Shown here piece by piece: positions 1 through 18,342 of a stretch of DNA of 64,000 nucleotides (its first letter is position 1; every line of letters starts with the position of its first letter). This DNA is from Podarcis muralis (lineage: Eukaryota): contig NC_135659.1 in NCBI RefSeq assembly GCF_964188315.1, positions 51,832,001-51,896,000 on the forward strand, written 5' to 3'. Position numbers and translations under genes: made by a program. A model generated the notes under the pieces. That model did no database searches and was not told where the DNA came from. It was given only the letters and a program-made list of their open reading frames with translations.

Positions 1-337
1 ATATTTTTTTCTTTTTGTAAGTCTCATGATGCAAGTGGTCTAGAAATAACCAAAACCTTGAGGCTAGTGCTAAATTGTGTGCATTCACTCACTTGCTTGC
101 TTACTTATGCACAGGTTCCTATCTCCCATTTTCAACTGTTTGATCAAAGCAGCTAATGTCATAAGGCCATTACGCCAGCATTTAACATAATAGGCTGTCA
201 CTCCTGGCAATGTCAGCGGCCCTAATGTCTGGGGTTGGACCTTTGGGTGGGGGCAGGTTGGGCAGGTGTAGATTGGTTGGGGTGTGTTTTCTGGAGCACA
301 TATGAACTCTGGTTTGTGCTGCTGTCTTCTACTCCAG

Positions 338-6023
<5,686 letters not shown>

Positions 6024-7223
6024 ACATGAGCCTGGGAGGCAGGGCAGGGAGCCCTCCTTGCACCTCCCCTCTCCCACCTGCCCTGGTTCTCCAAACCCTA
6101 CTCTGCTCAGATATATGACAGCGCCCCCCCACTGGGTGGGGGAGCCCTGGCTCCCGGGCTGCGCCGGACTCTGGGGGAGGGGCTGTGAGTTCCAACCCCA
6201 CCCACCTCATTAGTGCCCCCCCCCCGTGCCATCTTGTAACCCTCATGTTTACAGTCACGTTCGGATGGCCCCAATTCGCAACCAGGACCAGGGTCAGGGG
6301 TGGGGAGGGTGTGCTGAACCGTTGGGGGTGCCTTGGGAAAGGGCACCAGGAGGAGGGTCGGTTGGAGCCTCGCTGGCTCAGCAGCCCCTTTGGGGGTGGA
6401 TTCTGGCAGCTGCACCTGGGCCCAGGGGGTCTGGTATCTATTGGGGGTGGTATGCCCCATACTGCCCTGGATCAGGGCCCTGGGGACTGGCCCCACAGAT
6501 AAGCAAATGGGGGATTGGGGTGGGGGGAGGGGGAGGGGAGGGCAAGAGGGTTGGTTGTAATTGTAAATGTTAATCCTGACATTCTAGGCATCGCTTGGCC
6601 ACAGGCTAGGCAGCCTTCAGCTAGGCTGCTGCCCCTGCGAGGGCTTTTCCAGAGATGCACTTAAGACTGCACCTCCCCGCCCCCAACCACTGCACAGACC
6701 TTCCCAGCTTCCCCACCTAGGAAAGGAAAGCTAGCTTCCCCAGCACTTAACAATTTGCACTTCTCGCCATGGCCTCCCATGATAAGAAACGTTCCTGCTA
6801 GAAACTATGTATTGAATTTGGCAGGTTAATGACTGGGGTGGGTGGGTAGGGGGCAGGAGAGCTCTCCTTAATTGGGTTGCAAGAGCATGGGAGAATCACA
6901 ACTCCATGAACAAAAATATGCACTTGTCTCCCTTCTGATCTTAATATTGAGCCTTATTTGCACACCATCCAGAATCGCACACCTGCAGAGTGAAACATAA
7001 GCAAACAGCATCTCTCACAAATAGAAAAAGCGACAGCTGAGAGGCTGGATGCACCGTATTACCATGATAGACATCTCAGGCAGCGCCACAGACTCTGGGC
7101 AGCACATGCAGCCCACTGGACAGATTTTGCCCAGGTGTGCATTCTTGGTCTAGACAGCATCTTCCGGATGCTCCCCCAAGCCTGTTATTCTGAAGCACTT
7201 TTCTACACTCTTCCCCTAAGAGG

Positions 7224-7229
7224 AATAAA
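7224..7229 (+). terminator. Candidate SLC6A9 poly(A) signal AATAAA (proximal)
   Basis: First canonical hexamer I found downstream of the GlyT1 stop, about 1.2 kb into the 3' UTR. Confidence 0.4.
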
Positions 7230-7374
7230 TTAATTTGAATGGGGTCTCCATAAAGGCAAGAGACCATTGGGACCTAGCTCTGCCCTATCCCACAGGGAAA
7301 GGGACAGGGCCAACCATGGTGCTAAGAGCAGATGATGTGCCAAGTCCTGCCCACACCATTGCAGGTGGGAAAGA

Positions 7375-7390
7375 CACACACACACACACA
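7375..7390. repeat. (CA)8 microsatellite
   Basis: Direct reading. Confidence 0.85.
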
Positions 7391-8180
7391 AAGCAAAAGC
7401 ACAAGCTTCCCTAAAGGCTATCCTGGCCAGGCCTGGGTTCCATGTGGCCCACTTCTCCACTAGTAGTGGGGGCAGAAGCTGCTAGTTTCATGGTGAAGCT
7501 TTGGAGAAGTTGGCCATCGGCACCAGCCCCGTCTCCAACTCCAAGGCTTTTCTCCCTAACACAAAGCAGGGCCTGTGCTGCCTCAGATGGGTAGGAGGTA
7601 CTAATGGTTCCGTCTTTCGGCCTCACCGTCCCGTGTTTCCATGTCAGTGTTGCTGCCTGCACTTTACCCCCTAGAAACGCCTGGGTGGAGGAGACAGGAG
7701 ACCCCGGCAGCCACAATCCTGTCTTGTACCCTGATGCCAATTCACTTAACCAATGCCAAACAGTGCATGTCGGGGGGGCGCCCCTCAGCTCCCAGCCGTG
7801 CACGATTGCTGCGGTGTAGCCATGGTGCCAACAGCAAGGGCACACCTGGCTCCTACCCACGTAGTACCTGTTCCAGCCGGTGGCATGGGCATAGCAGCCA
7901 GTGTACAAGTGCCAAACGTCTGCATCGTGAGCAGTTAAGAGGGAGAGGGGGGACAGATGGCTCCATGCCATGATGGTACTTTTGCCCTAAGCCACCAGCC
8001 CCCAGACCTTCCCTCCTCTGTGCCGAGGCTGCACTATTTAATGCATGGTTCCGTGTCTGTCCTTTCCTCCTGTGTCCAAGGCGGCAGCTAGCATTGCCGC
8101 CTCATTGTTCATAGCAATAATTGTGACGCGTCTCCCATACTGTGACTCTTCCAGTTGTAGATTTTTAAAGTCTGATAGAT

Positions 8181-8189
8181 TTTAATGAA
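8181..8189. terminator. Overlapping candidate poly(A) signals: ATTAAA on minus (CCDC24) and AATGAA on plus (SLC6A9 distal)
   Basis: TTTAATGAA: 8181-8186 reads ATTAAA on minus; 8184-8189 reads AATGAA on plus and is followed by a GU-rich tract. Confidence 0.45.
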
Positions 8190-8562
8190 ATTTATATTCC
8201 TGAACCTTGGGTGGTACAGTTCTTTGGTGTGCATGGAGGAATGGGGAAGGTGTGGGTTGGGTTCACAGCCTCACTGCCACAAGGCCCACTGCCCTGTGTT
8301 GTGGAGAAGAAGCATCTCACTGGCATGAGTCCCACTTGCAAGTAGTTTATCTGCATTCATGGGTTGGGGGAGGTTCTGTGTATGCATTTCTTTGCCTTTT
8401 CGCTTTCCCTGGAATCCCATTGACCCTGTTCACAAGGATGAGCAAAAGGCAACAGCAGCAACTCTTGAGGCACAGGATGCTGCAGGGCTGGGTCCCTTGG
8501 AGACCCTGCAGCAGGGGAGCGGGAAATGAGGTACTTAAGGGAAGGCGGCAGCTCTCCATTCC

Positions 8563-11500
8563 CTAGCTGGGTCCTTTGCATCGCAGCAGCCGAGTGCGAG
8601 GGCAGAAGCGGGGCACTGGGCATGGCTCTGTAGGAGGCGTGGGGTGGAAGACATGGTCCAACCCTGCTACTGCCAGCCCGCAGGCTGAAGCAATCCTGCC
8701 CCCTTTCAGAGGCACTGGCAGCACAGGTCTGGGCAACAGAACATCATTGTCCTTCCTGGCTTGGTTGGGTTCCTCACCATCCCGCTGCGACCATCCATAG
8801 GACCCTCGTGCTGAGTGGCCCCGCCGGGGTAGTGCCTGATGGCATAAAGGAGAAGTCTGGTCTCTGAGAGTTGGTGAAGAAGCAGGACTGATCTCTCCAA
8901 AGCTTGGTCCTTTTGCTGAACCTCTTAAGCCACTGCAAAAGGAAAGGAAGGGGTTACCAAGAAGCAGGAGGTGTTGCCCAAGCATCTTTCCATGTAAAGC
9001 ATCAAGGACAGAAAAGCCTTAGTCATTACAGCAGAACTAATGGGTCCTGCACAGAACAAACTCCAGAATTTTTACTTAAAATATTGCAGGTATGAGACCA
9101 TACAGCACAAAGAGCCAGCAAGATGCCCCCTCTAGATGTTAGACTCCCAACAGCCCCACTTGGAGGGCACCGCATTGGTGACCCCTGCCACAGAATAATA
9201 AACCAACCCTGAACTATGCTTGCACCTCTCTGCTGCAGGCGCCAGTTTGACAGCTACCCCTCAGTTATAATATTATGCAGTTCCATGGTATCATAGCTTT
9301 GGTGCTTGCAGGCTCACCTGAATTGCGGCTGGTAGCTGCTACTCCCAAGATGTTTCGACATCAGGGAAGGGCTGGTGCCTGGCTTAGGCTGGCTTAGCTG
9401 CAAATCCCGTTCCATGGCGCGCTTCTCCTCTTGTAATTCTGTGGAGAGAAGACCCTATTTCATGGGGATTGGGGGAAGCAACAATCATGAAGAGCATTGG
9501 GGCTGGCACTCACAAAGAGACCATGCCCCACTGCAAATACCACTCCTTGGCAACACCTGCCTAAAGATGATGTCTGTAGGCACCATCATGCTGCATCCCT
9601 TCCCCAATTCCCAGCCTGGCCTTATCCGAGACTCGGGTTCTGCATACCAGCCATGGTGGGCTCATGTGTTGCCTCTAGCAGCTCTGTAGCGTGCTGATGC
9701 GCCTCCTCCAGTTGGCACTGTGGAACATGAAAAATGCTATAGGAAACACAACACAGAAGAAAGAAGCTGCTCCTTTAACTATACCATTTCTCTTAAAGAT
9801 GTACATGTCTCTGCTTAAAGGTTTTCCTCGTGTTGGAAAGTCTTCCCGTATTAAATACCTTACTTTTCCTCCCAGCCTTCTAGTTGCCCCAGTCACTGCA
9901 GAAAGCTAATGGATAGGCACCAGCGTATCCAGTCCCTTCAGCTGAAGATGCTCATTTCATATTCTTCTGGAAAACAGTCTGTCAGGTTGCTGACTTAGAA
10001 ACTTAGTGGGCTGACTTAATAGGCTCTCATTTGCTAGAGGTTTTTAAGCAGAGGCTAAATGGCCACTTCTCAGGGATGCTCTAGCAGTGGGTAGCCTACA
10101 TTGATGGAGGTTGGAGTAGATTATCATTGGGATTAGATGATCATTCCAACTGCAGTTCTACGATTCTTTTGACCCTGATTCTGCAGTCACAAGTCACTGA
10201 TTTCATAACTTGGCAGCTCTCAGCACTATGGGTGTACTGCTGCAAAGGTGTGTTTTTTAATAAATAATAATAATCAGACACTGGTGACAGGAAGTACTCT
10301 TGCTGCAGTCCTGCTGCCCAATGTGATTGTGTTTTCACATCCAAATCATCATAACAGTTTTCCTGCCACTCACATCTTTCCTCAGCCCCTCCCTGTCCCC
10401 CAGATTTGGGAAGGAGACAAAAAAGCTAGCTATTTGGGCAATTGTAGAACTGGTATGGAAGCCAAACACCCTTGTCACTTCTCTCAAGAGTTCTGACCGA
10501 AGGCCTGTCCACACTCTGTTCTAACCCAGGCTGCCATAGCCATGGGAACAGCTTTGTAGATACAGCTCTGAGACCAAGCTCCTATGTATGTGGGCAGGAG
10601 GGAAGACATGAGAGCAGTAATACTAGAACTTCGGTCCATCCAATGAAGAAGATGGTTGCAACATTCAGGACAAACAAAAGTAACTATGGAATTTGCCCCC
10701 ATGAGATATAGGGGTGGGTGCCAACTTAGATGACGTGCCGTGGGGATATCCTGCATGCAAGTTTTCTATAAGCATCTGTGAGAACAGGGTGCTAGACTAG
10801 ATGGGGCTTTGGTCAGATCCCACATTGCCTTGCCTCTGTTCTTACACAATAGTCTCGAAGGGCTGAGGAAATGTTGCCGCAGATGCTGCACCCAAGCTGC
10901 AACAAAAACCAGTCTCACAGACCTATTGGCCAAAACTTGAAGCAGATCCTTAGAAGTGCATGGGAGAAACACTGCTTATGAGGAACTCTAGAGACCCTCC
11001 TTGAGATGAGAAGGGTTTATTCCTTACCTGTAAATAGGGGATGTATCTTTCCAGATCACAGCACTCATCCTCTAGCAAGGTTCTAGGAAAAATAGTACAG
11101 CCAGTGAGACCCAAAGGAGGTGACACATTTGGGACAGAAAGCAATTGCCAGCACTGCAGACTTGGTGTCTCCACATCTTCCTCACTTTTTGTTTACGTTC
11201 CCAATGTAGGGGCTGGCAATTCAAATGAAAGTTAGATGTGAGGATAGCCACCATCTGCTTGCAGTGGCAGCTCATGTTGCTAGGGATGAGAAGAGAAAAC
11301 CACGCTACTTTGAAGCAGTTCGTAACTAGGCACAAGTATCTCTAATGCCGACAGTGTTTCTAAACCTTGTTTTGTACTCTGCTGCTCTCCTTGTTCAGAG
11401 TTCCCCAAGTTCCTGGCTGGTGAACACTTTCTGGCATTTCTGGGGGTGGTCTTTAGTAAGATCCCTTCAATAACTATACATACTGCCTGGAATATGCAGG

Positions 11501-14500
11501 ATGCCAGTGGCACAAGATGGAAGAATCTTTACAAAGCCCTTTGTGTGTTCCCCACTGGAGACTGCACTGGGAGCCAAGACTATGTATGGCTTAGACACCC
11601 CACTCCTGTGTTGCTTCTTGACCTTCTCTTGAGGGTCCCACCTTTTTATGCTATGCCCTTCCCACCAAGTTCTGCCACAACTGTTGTTTGATCTGCTTCA
11701 CTCCTTGCAATTACACAGAGCAAAATGTGCCATAGAAATTATATCTGTACCCAGAGGAAGTTTGGAAAGAGACTCTTGCCCCTCCTCGTCTTCATGATTG
11801 TGGTACAGGCCAGACTGGGAGACAGCTGGTGGGGAGAGTTAGAAGGTAGAATACAAGCTGCTTGGGTCCATCTGCACACATTTTCACACAATGCCATCCC
11901 CAGCTTCCCTTCTGTCTCTGCAGTGAGTTTACTGTTCTCAGACACAAGGTCTTCTGTTATATCTGCCTTCCAGACACCTGCAACGGATACCTGTAACCCT
12001 CTTGTGCCTTCTTCCCTCTTACAATATTTGTGCAAATAAAAAACCTAATAGAGCAAAAACTTACCGAAGTTGAGAGGCTACCTCACTGATATGGGCAATA
12101 TTCAGTTTATTACAGAACGATTCCAGATTAGCGGTTCTGGAGAATAATGGCCTAAGGAAACAGAAATTGGGTGAGACTTGCATTTTCCTGTCACCAGATG
12201 GGCTTGATGCCTGCAACTGGGCATTCCTGCACTAAACAAAGCTTGAATGGGACACTGGCACAAGGATCAGGTAACAGAAATTGGTTGGGGATGTCAGTCA
12301 TTTTCTTTCCAGGACCCCTAGTCTCTTTCAATGAGTTGTACTCCCATCCTCTCTGTATGGCTGTCACAGGACAGGGATTCATCAAACTGAACTAGCATGC
12401 TTCTTAGGACTCAGACACAGAACATTAAAATCACAGACCATGCCCCAGTAGAAGCAACCCTCATAATAGGAGAGGAAGCATAAACTACCCAATCATGGTC
12501 CTTCAGCCCCATCCTAACCACAAACAAACTACCTAGAGTCTCTTGAAAACTCTCCAAAACTACTTTAAGGACAACAATGTGGACGACATTGCAACCCCAC
12601 TTCTCTAGGACACAATGAAAGTGGTCATCAGAGGAGCGTACATAAAGGAGAGGACATCCCTTAAAAAACAAACTTCCTCAAAAATTGGTAAATTAGAACA
12701 AGACATTTCAACCTTGTCATAACACTACAAACAAACAGGAGCCTTAAATTCATAGAACAAAAAAGAAGGGAAACTGACTCTCCAGAAATCAATAAAACAA
12801 TGATTAACATCCTATACCCTAAACAATGCTTTTACGAATATGGAGGGAAGAACTCCAGACTATTAGCGAACAGATGTGGGGGGGGGGGAATCACTCAAAA
12901 CAAGTATACACTGTGTCACTATAAAAGACAGTAGTGTTAACATCCTCCACCAAAGAAATAACCTCAGAATTTTATGCCAACTTATACACCTCCCGCAACC
13001 CACCTGAACAGGAAATCAGAAGATTCCTAACAGGGCTGACCATGCCAACCATAACTGCAGAGGAACAAAAATTCATGGGGACACCATCGAAAACATCCCC
13101 GCAACAGCACACCCATTTCTCCAAAACAAACTATAGTAAATCCCCACAACACTGATGCAATCAAACAACAATGGGAGCATGATATAGGCTATGAAATTAA
13201 CCCCACCCAATGACTAGAATGTGGTCTATACCTCCCTTTAAGTCCATATCAACCAAAAGAAGGGAACTCACTCTGAAACTCACCTACAGGTGGTACTTAA
13301 CACCACAGAAACTGGAGCTGATATGCCCAGGAATCTCACCAAGATGTTTGAGAGACTGTACCTCCGCATACCAACCTGCTCTTGGTTTCTTCAACTAGAT
13401 ATAAAAGGAAAGCATACTAGGGGTGGGATTCACCTACATCTCTGTCAGTGGAAGCCCTGCACAAAGATTTCTGCTTGCTCAGTGAGTCTCCCCTCCCCAC
13501 CCCATTGATATTGCCCCATCTTTGCTGGCTAAGTCTGTAATTTCACAGCTTCTCTGACTTAACATTAAAGGTTCTATCCAAAATGGACACTTATAATTTA
13601 AGTGGGCACACCACTGCCAATTCTACATATGAATAATATGCATATCTATATAAATAATACAAGCACATTTCTAGATTAATACCACTATGGGACTGAAACC
13701 AGCACGGAGGCCAACTCATTGCAAGTCCCCGCTCCTGGAACTTGTATGAGGATCAAATGAGATAACAGTGATCAGTCCCAAACTGCCCATAGATGCAAAA
13801 AGAACCAATCACTGCTAGGTTGCTAAGTCTATGGCATATGGCACTCTGGTGTTAGGCTTCCTACAGACAAAATCAGTCCTGGATTCTGAGACCTCCTGTG
13901 GTGATACAGTTCATGGTGTTCCGGGTAAGAACAAGTCACAGCCCAGAAGCTCATTGTGTGGAGGCTGCAGCTTCCTTCAGTCTTACCTGATTAGGGCACT
14001 GCTCCCAGATGAAGACTGACTATTGCCAGCATTTGCCTTCAGTGCAAAGGTGACCACATGAGGGCTGTATTTAGCGATGGCACAATCTTGGTTCCTGTGA
14101 AGCAGAAAACGTACAGCCATAAGGCAATTGTTCATCCCCAGTCTTTGGGCTGACAAGGACAAGAGAAGACCAGTTGGTGGCAGTGCTGGGTCACAAAACC
14201 ACCCAGTAGCTGGAATGAATAGAAGCCTAAAAGGAAAAACAAGCTGGACTAAAGAGCCCAGTGAGGTCCAACTGTCCATACAAAGTAGACCACAAAAGTA
14301 GTTTGACACAGAACCAATAGAACACATACTGTATTGTGCGGTGGGGAGACTGAGGCAAAAATTTGATGCCACCCCCCCCCCCAGTCCTTGCCCTGCCTTC
14401 CCAAAGCCAGCTAAGTGAGACAACAGGCTTTGGGAGGGTCCTAGAGCACTCCAGGGAAGCAGCAATTAGGCTTTGGGCAGGAGACAGGAGGACTCTAGGA

Positions 14501-17500
14501 CCCTGCCAGAGCCTTTACACCTCCTTCCTAAGCCTAGTGCCTTGCTTATCTGGCTTTGGGAAGGCAGCATGAGGGTTGGGGAAGGTGTCAAATGTTGCCC
14601 AGGGCCAACAAAACAGGCCTTGAGGGCTACATGCAGCCCTCAGGTCATTCATTGGACCACCCAGTTCTAGGCAGCACACAGGGAGCCATGGCCTGTGCTC
14701 ATGTCAATGTAGGGAAATTCAACAAGAGGGGAGCTATTTGAAAGTAAGTAAACAAATGCAGAATTTCAGGTTGTGACTGAGAGATAGTAGAAAGGTTTGA
14801 AGGGTGTGAAGGGATTCTCCTATATGGCAACATGGTACAAACAACTCCAGCAGGAGGAGTTTAAGAGCTCATCCCTTACTAGCCAGCCTGTTCTAATCCA
14901 TGCCTTCACTGAGCTATTCATTGGTTACACAGGGCTAAGGCAGGGAGCAAATCCTCAGGCAAGGGTTCCAGCAGGTGCTGATCCCAGTGCTCACTCGGAT
15001 GAATGCTCACTTTGAACTTGGAGGTGGGACATAATCCCAGCCTCAGGCTATGGACTGAACACACCATAAAAAACAAACGCATTAGCAGGACTGGCATTCT
15101 TGATAGAGGCGCTCAGCAATGCGATTCCTGCATGATGTAAGGGAGCTAAGTGGGAATGACAAAGGTTGAGACCCAAAGAATGGGAATGTAAGGCTGGAAT
15201 TAATTATACATATAAAAAAGACTAGAGAGACACACAAACTGACAAGCTGCACTTGAATGGGAGCGCAAGTTACAGATGGAGGTGTATGGTGCAAACATGT
15301 GTTTGGCACAGGTTATTTTTGCTGGACGTTGGCCATCTGAGTGGCAGTCATGTTGAAACTATACTGGAACTGCCAATTAAATTGCATTGGAGCTGATATT
15401 TCCTAGTAAGCATTTCTGGAACAGTCACCCTTAAAAGGCAAAGGGAGAAAGAATACTGTGTCAATAGTGTAAATATATAGTTTAGTCGCTAGGTGGCACT
15501 GGACTTATTTATATCTGAGTGGAATCAGAGGTTTCCCCCATCCTGTTCTTGTTAAGAGAGACAATCAAGTTATTGTCTAGCCTCCTAACTGATTTGTCCC
15601 ATGAAACTCTAAGCCTCTCGTAACAAATAGTTATGGCTTCCTCAATCTAGACTGCTTTGGCCAAAAGATGATGTAAAACTCACCCATTCCACACACATAA
15701 ATACCACCAGCCACATCAGTTGGAAACTAATGGGCTCATTCTTATATCAAATAGGCTTCAGGTCTTAATATAGTCTGCTTGTTTTTCTTCTATCCCTACT
15801 ACCTGCTCCCCCTCAACTCAGCCCTTAATTCTCTCAAGTCCCTTCTCTTCCAATCTCCAGTACCTGCCCTCCTGCGATGCCTTCTGCTGTAGGCCAATTA
15901 GAAGAAGGCGGATCTCCTCCCTCACCAGCTCCTTGAGGTTGGGGGGAGCTGCCAGCAAGGCCCAGCTGTCATCTGCTTGCAGTGGGCTTTGCTCCACTCC
16001 AAGGCGGCCTGACTGCAACTCCTGATGTAATTCCAACAGTGTCCGCACCTGTAAATAGGGAAGGGGTTGGACTGCATTAGGGACAGTGCATTGCCACATG
16101 CAGAAATTCACACATGTGCACATTGACACAAACTGCAGTAACTTTCTCAAAGTAATCTTTCCCCCACCCTCCACCTCCCCAAATGATGAAGCACTGACAC
16201 AACCTAAAAATACAAGTTGCACTCCCATTCCCAGTATTGGTATTCTGCACACCTGGAAATCAAGCCAGGTGCCTGCCTGCAAGAAAAGAAAATCAATACC
16301 TAGCCATGGGTTAGTTACTCATCTGATGGTAGACAATTACATTTCATAAAGGCCACAGTCAGGGAACTGACAACTTTTCGGAAGTATGTCATCCATCAAG
16401 GGAATAAAAGATGCTTCAAATGTGATAAATGTGTGTGAGAGCACACTGAATTCAGTAAAACGTTGCATCTGCCCAAAAACTGGGAACAGTCTATGAGGCT
16501 ATTAGTTTATGTAAAGAGTATTTTAGGATTAAGAGTGAAGTTTTTAGGTTTTAAAAAAACAACTCTTTTGCAGAAAGTGGGCAAAGTTGTCTGCAGAAGA
16601 TAAGAACACCAGCCAGGACACTGTCATTCCAATGTAGCTGGCAAGAGGGCACTGCATTGTTGCTGTCTGTACACTCCATAAAAGGTGCAAAGCTGCAGAC
16701 AGCCCACCCACAATCATTCTCTCCCTCCCCCCATGAGGAAAGTCAAGGTCATGCCGCAAAAATATCTGCAGGATATTTGTAAGGCAAGCGAGCGCCAGAA
16801 ATCCCTTTCTGGCCCCACACATCCACAAGAGGAACGTTATGCTACAGCTGCTTCCCTGGGCGGCCTCTCAGATATCCAATTGAGGAGGGGAGCAGAGACA
16901 CATACAAGAACACAGCAGGGAGACAGGCAGTACCTGGGCCACATTTATCAGGCTTGTGATGAAGAGGTAATAGACATCCAGGTGAGAGACCCCATAAAGG
17001 CTGGGGAGGGGTCACTGGTCACAATGTTGGGGGGGGTGGATCTCAAGCAAAGCTCTAACATGAAGAAGTGATAGAGAGAAAAAGGTGCCATCTTGTCAGG
17101 GTGTGCTGTGCTTGCTCTTCTGGTTTCAGGAGGAGGTAAGGCAATTACCATGTGAAAAGCCTCTGGGATGTTTACTGTTCTTCTCAGCTGCAGTCAGGAC
17201 CATGCTGAATAAAGAAAGGGCATGAATGGCTGGAGGAGAACAAAGGGCCTGGAATAGCATGGATTAGGGGCTCTGGCCAAGCATTAGGAACCAGCTGAGC
17301 TGGGAGCTGGCAAATGGGGGCCTTGTCAAACAGGGAGGGGGTGGTTGCAGTATTTTATCCCCTCCTTGACTTGCCTTCTCAGATATGCTTTCCTTTCACT
17401 GAAATCAAACAGCACTCAAAGCAGATGTAAGTGGCAAACCAGAGGTTTTTTCCATACACACATGAACGCTACTCTATATGAAAATGCATGTATGCCAAAA

Positions 17501-17967
17501 CTAGTGGCCAGTGCTCAGTGGAAGGGGGCTTAATACAATTTATAAGCCCTCCCTTAGCGCCGCTCAATTTTAGCACTCAGTCCACTCCACTCAATCTATA
17601 GACATGAAAGGCGGGCCCTTTCATCAGTCAAATCCCCTTACAAATTTAGTGCTGCCTCTTTAGCTGATGAGAGCTAGATTTTATGCTTTATTCAGATATC
17701 CCTTTGTCACCAGCCACTTCTAAATTGTGTAGTAAGAGGGGTGGTTGGTTGGTTTGTTCTGCTCTTTTGTGAATCATTTTGAATAGGAGATCCAGTATTT
17801 CGGTACTTAACCTCAGCATGAAGTTCCAAGCTCCGTTCCACAAGGCCATGACCCAAGATAGCTTTCGCCTCAAGCCTCTCACTGGGTGCTAATTGTTCCT
17901 CTACCATTGTCCAGAGTGATGGTACGGACTGCAAGGGTTCCCCAGATGCACCAGGCAAGGGCAACAT
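8563..17967 (-). CDS. CCDC24: Coiled-coil domain-containing protein 24 (383 aa predicted)
   Basis: Minus-strand exons 17967-17812, 16048-15864, 14094-13987, 12151-12065, 11082-11028, 9717-9648, 9438-9318, 8932-8563 sum to 1152 nt with consistent phases. Motifs PSLWTMVEEQLAPSERLEAKAILG..SLELHAE, LLAAPPNLKELVREEIRLLL.GLQQKA..EGR, KYSPHVVTFAL, LNIAHISEVASQLR, LLEDECCDLER and ELQEEKRAMERDLQ match remembered CCDC24. Position next to SLC6A9 is syntenic. Confidence 0.92.
12500..13400 (+). mobile_element. Degenerate L1-type LINE fragment with internal deletion
   Basis: Frameshifted ORF2-like peptides: YFKDNN..MKVVIRGAYIK, EFYANLYTS..IRRFLTGLTMPTITAEEQ, then directly the C-terminal QWEHDIG..KLTYRWYLTPQKL..PGISPRC. 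Confidence 0.7.
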
Positions 17968-18342
17968 GGGTGCTGTATCCGATTCCACGATAATGGGCTT
18001 TAAAGGAAAAAAAGATTGTGACAATGAGACAGTGAGTAGAAGCTCCACATCACAACTATTCGGTGCCACATGCAATGGTGCACCTAGGTAATTTTAGACA
18101 CTGAACTTAATGGTTTTACACATGGGCTGCTGCCCTCCCAAGATTCACAAATATTATTGAAAAGCATTGAAAGTATTCAATTATCTGAGGTTCTGCCCCC
18201 CCCCAACAGAAACCTGGCCCCCCGCAATGTCCTATTTATGAGGTATTTTTACCCATGATTTCCCAAGAAAAGCTCAATAACTTTGTCCCTCCCCAACTAA
18301 AATCCTGGCCACATCCATGGTTTTACACCCCTCTCCCATTAG

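Noticed and set aside
7411-7973. 186-aa and 110-aa ORFs in the SLC6A9-CCDC24 gap
   Set aside because: They lie in probable GlyT1 3' UTR with no homology cues or consistent splice signals.
17806-17812. Unusual CCDC24 donor GAG|GTTAAG, considered as a U12 or mis-called junction
   Set aside because: It is a weak U2 GT donor without the U12 GTATCCTT signature, and it is the only nearby site that keeps frame.
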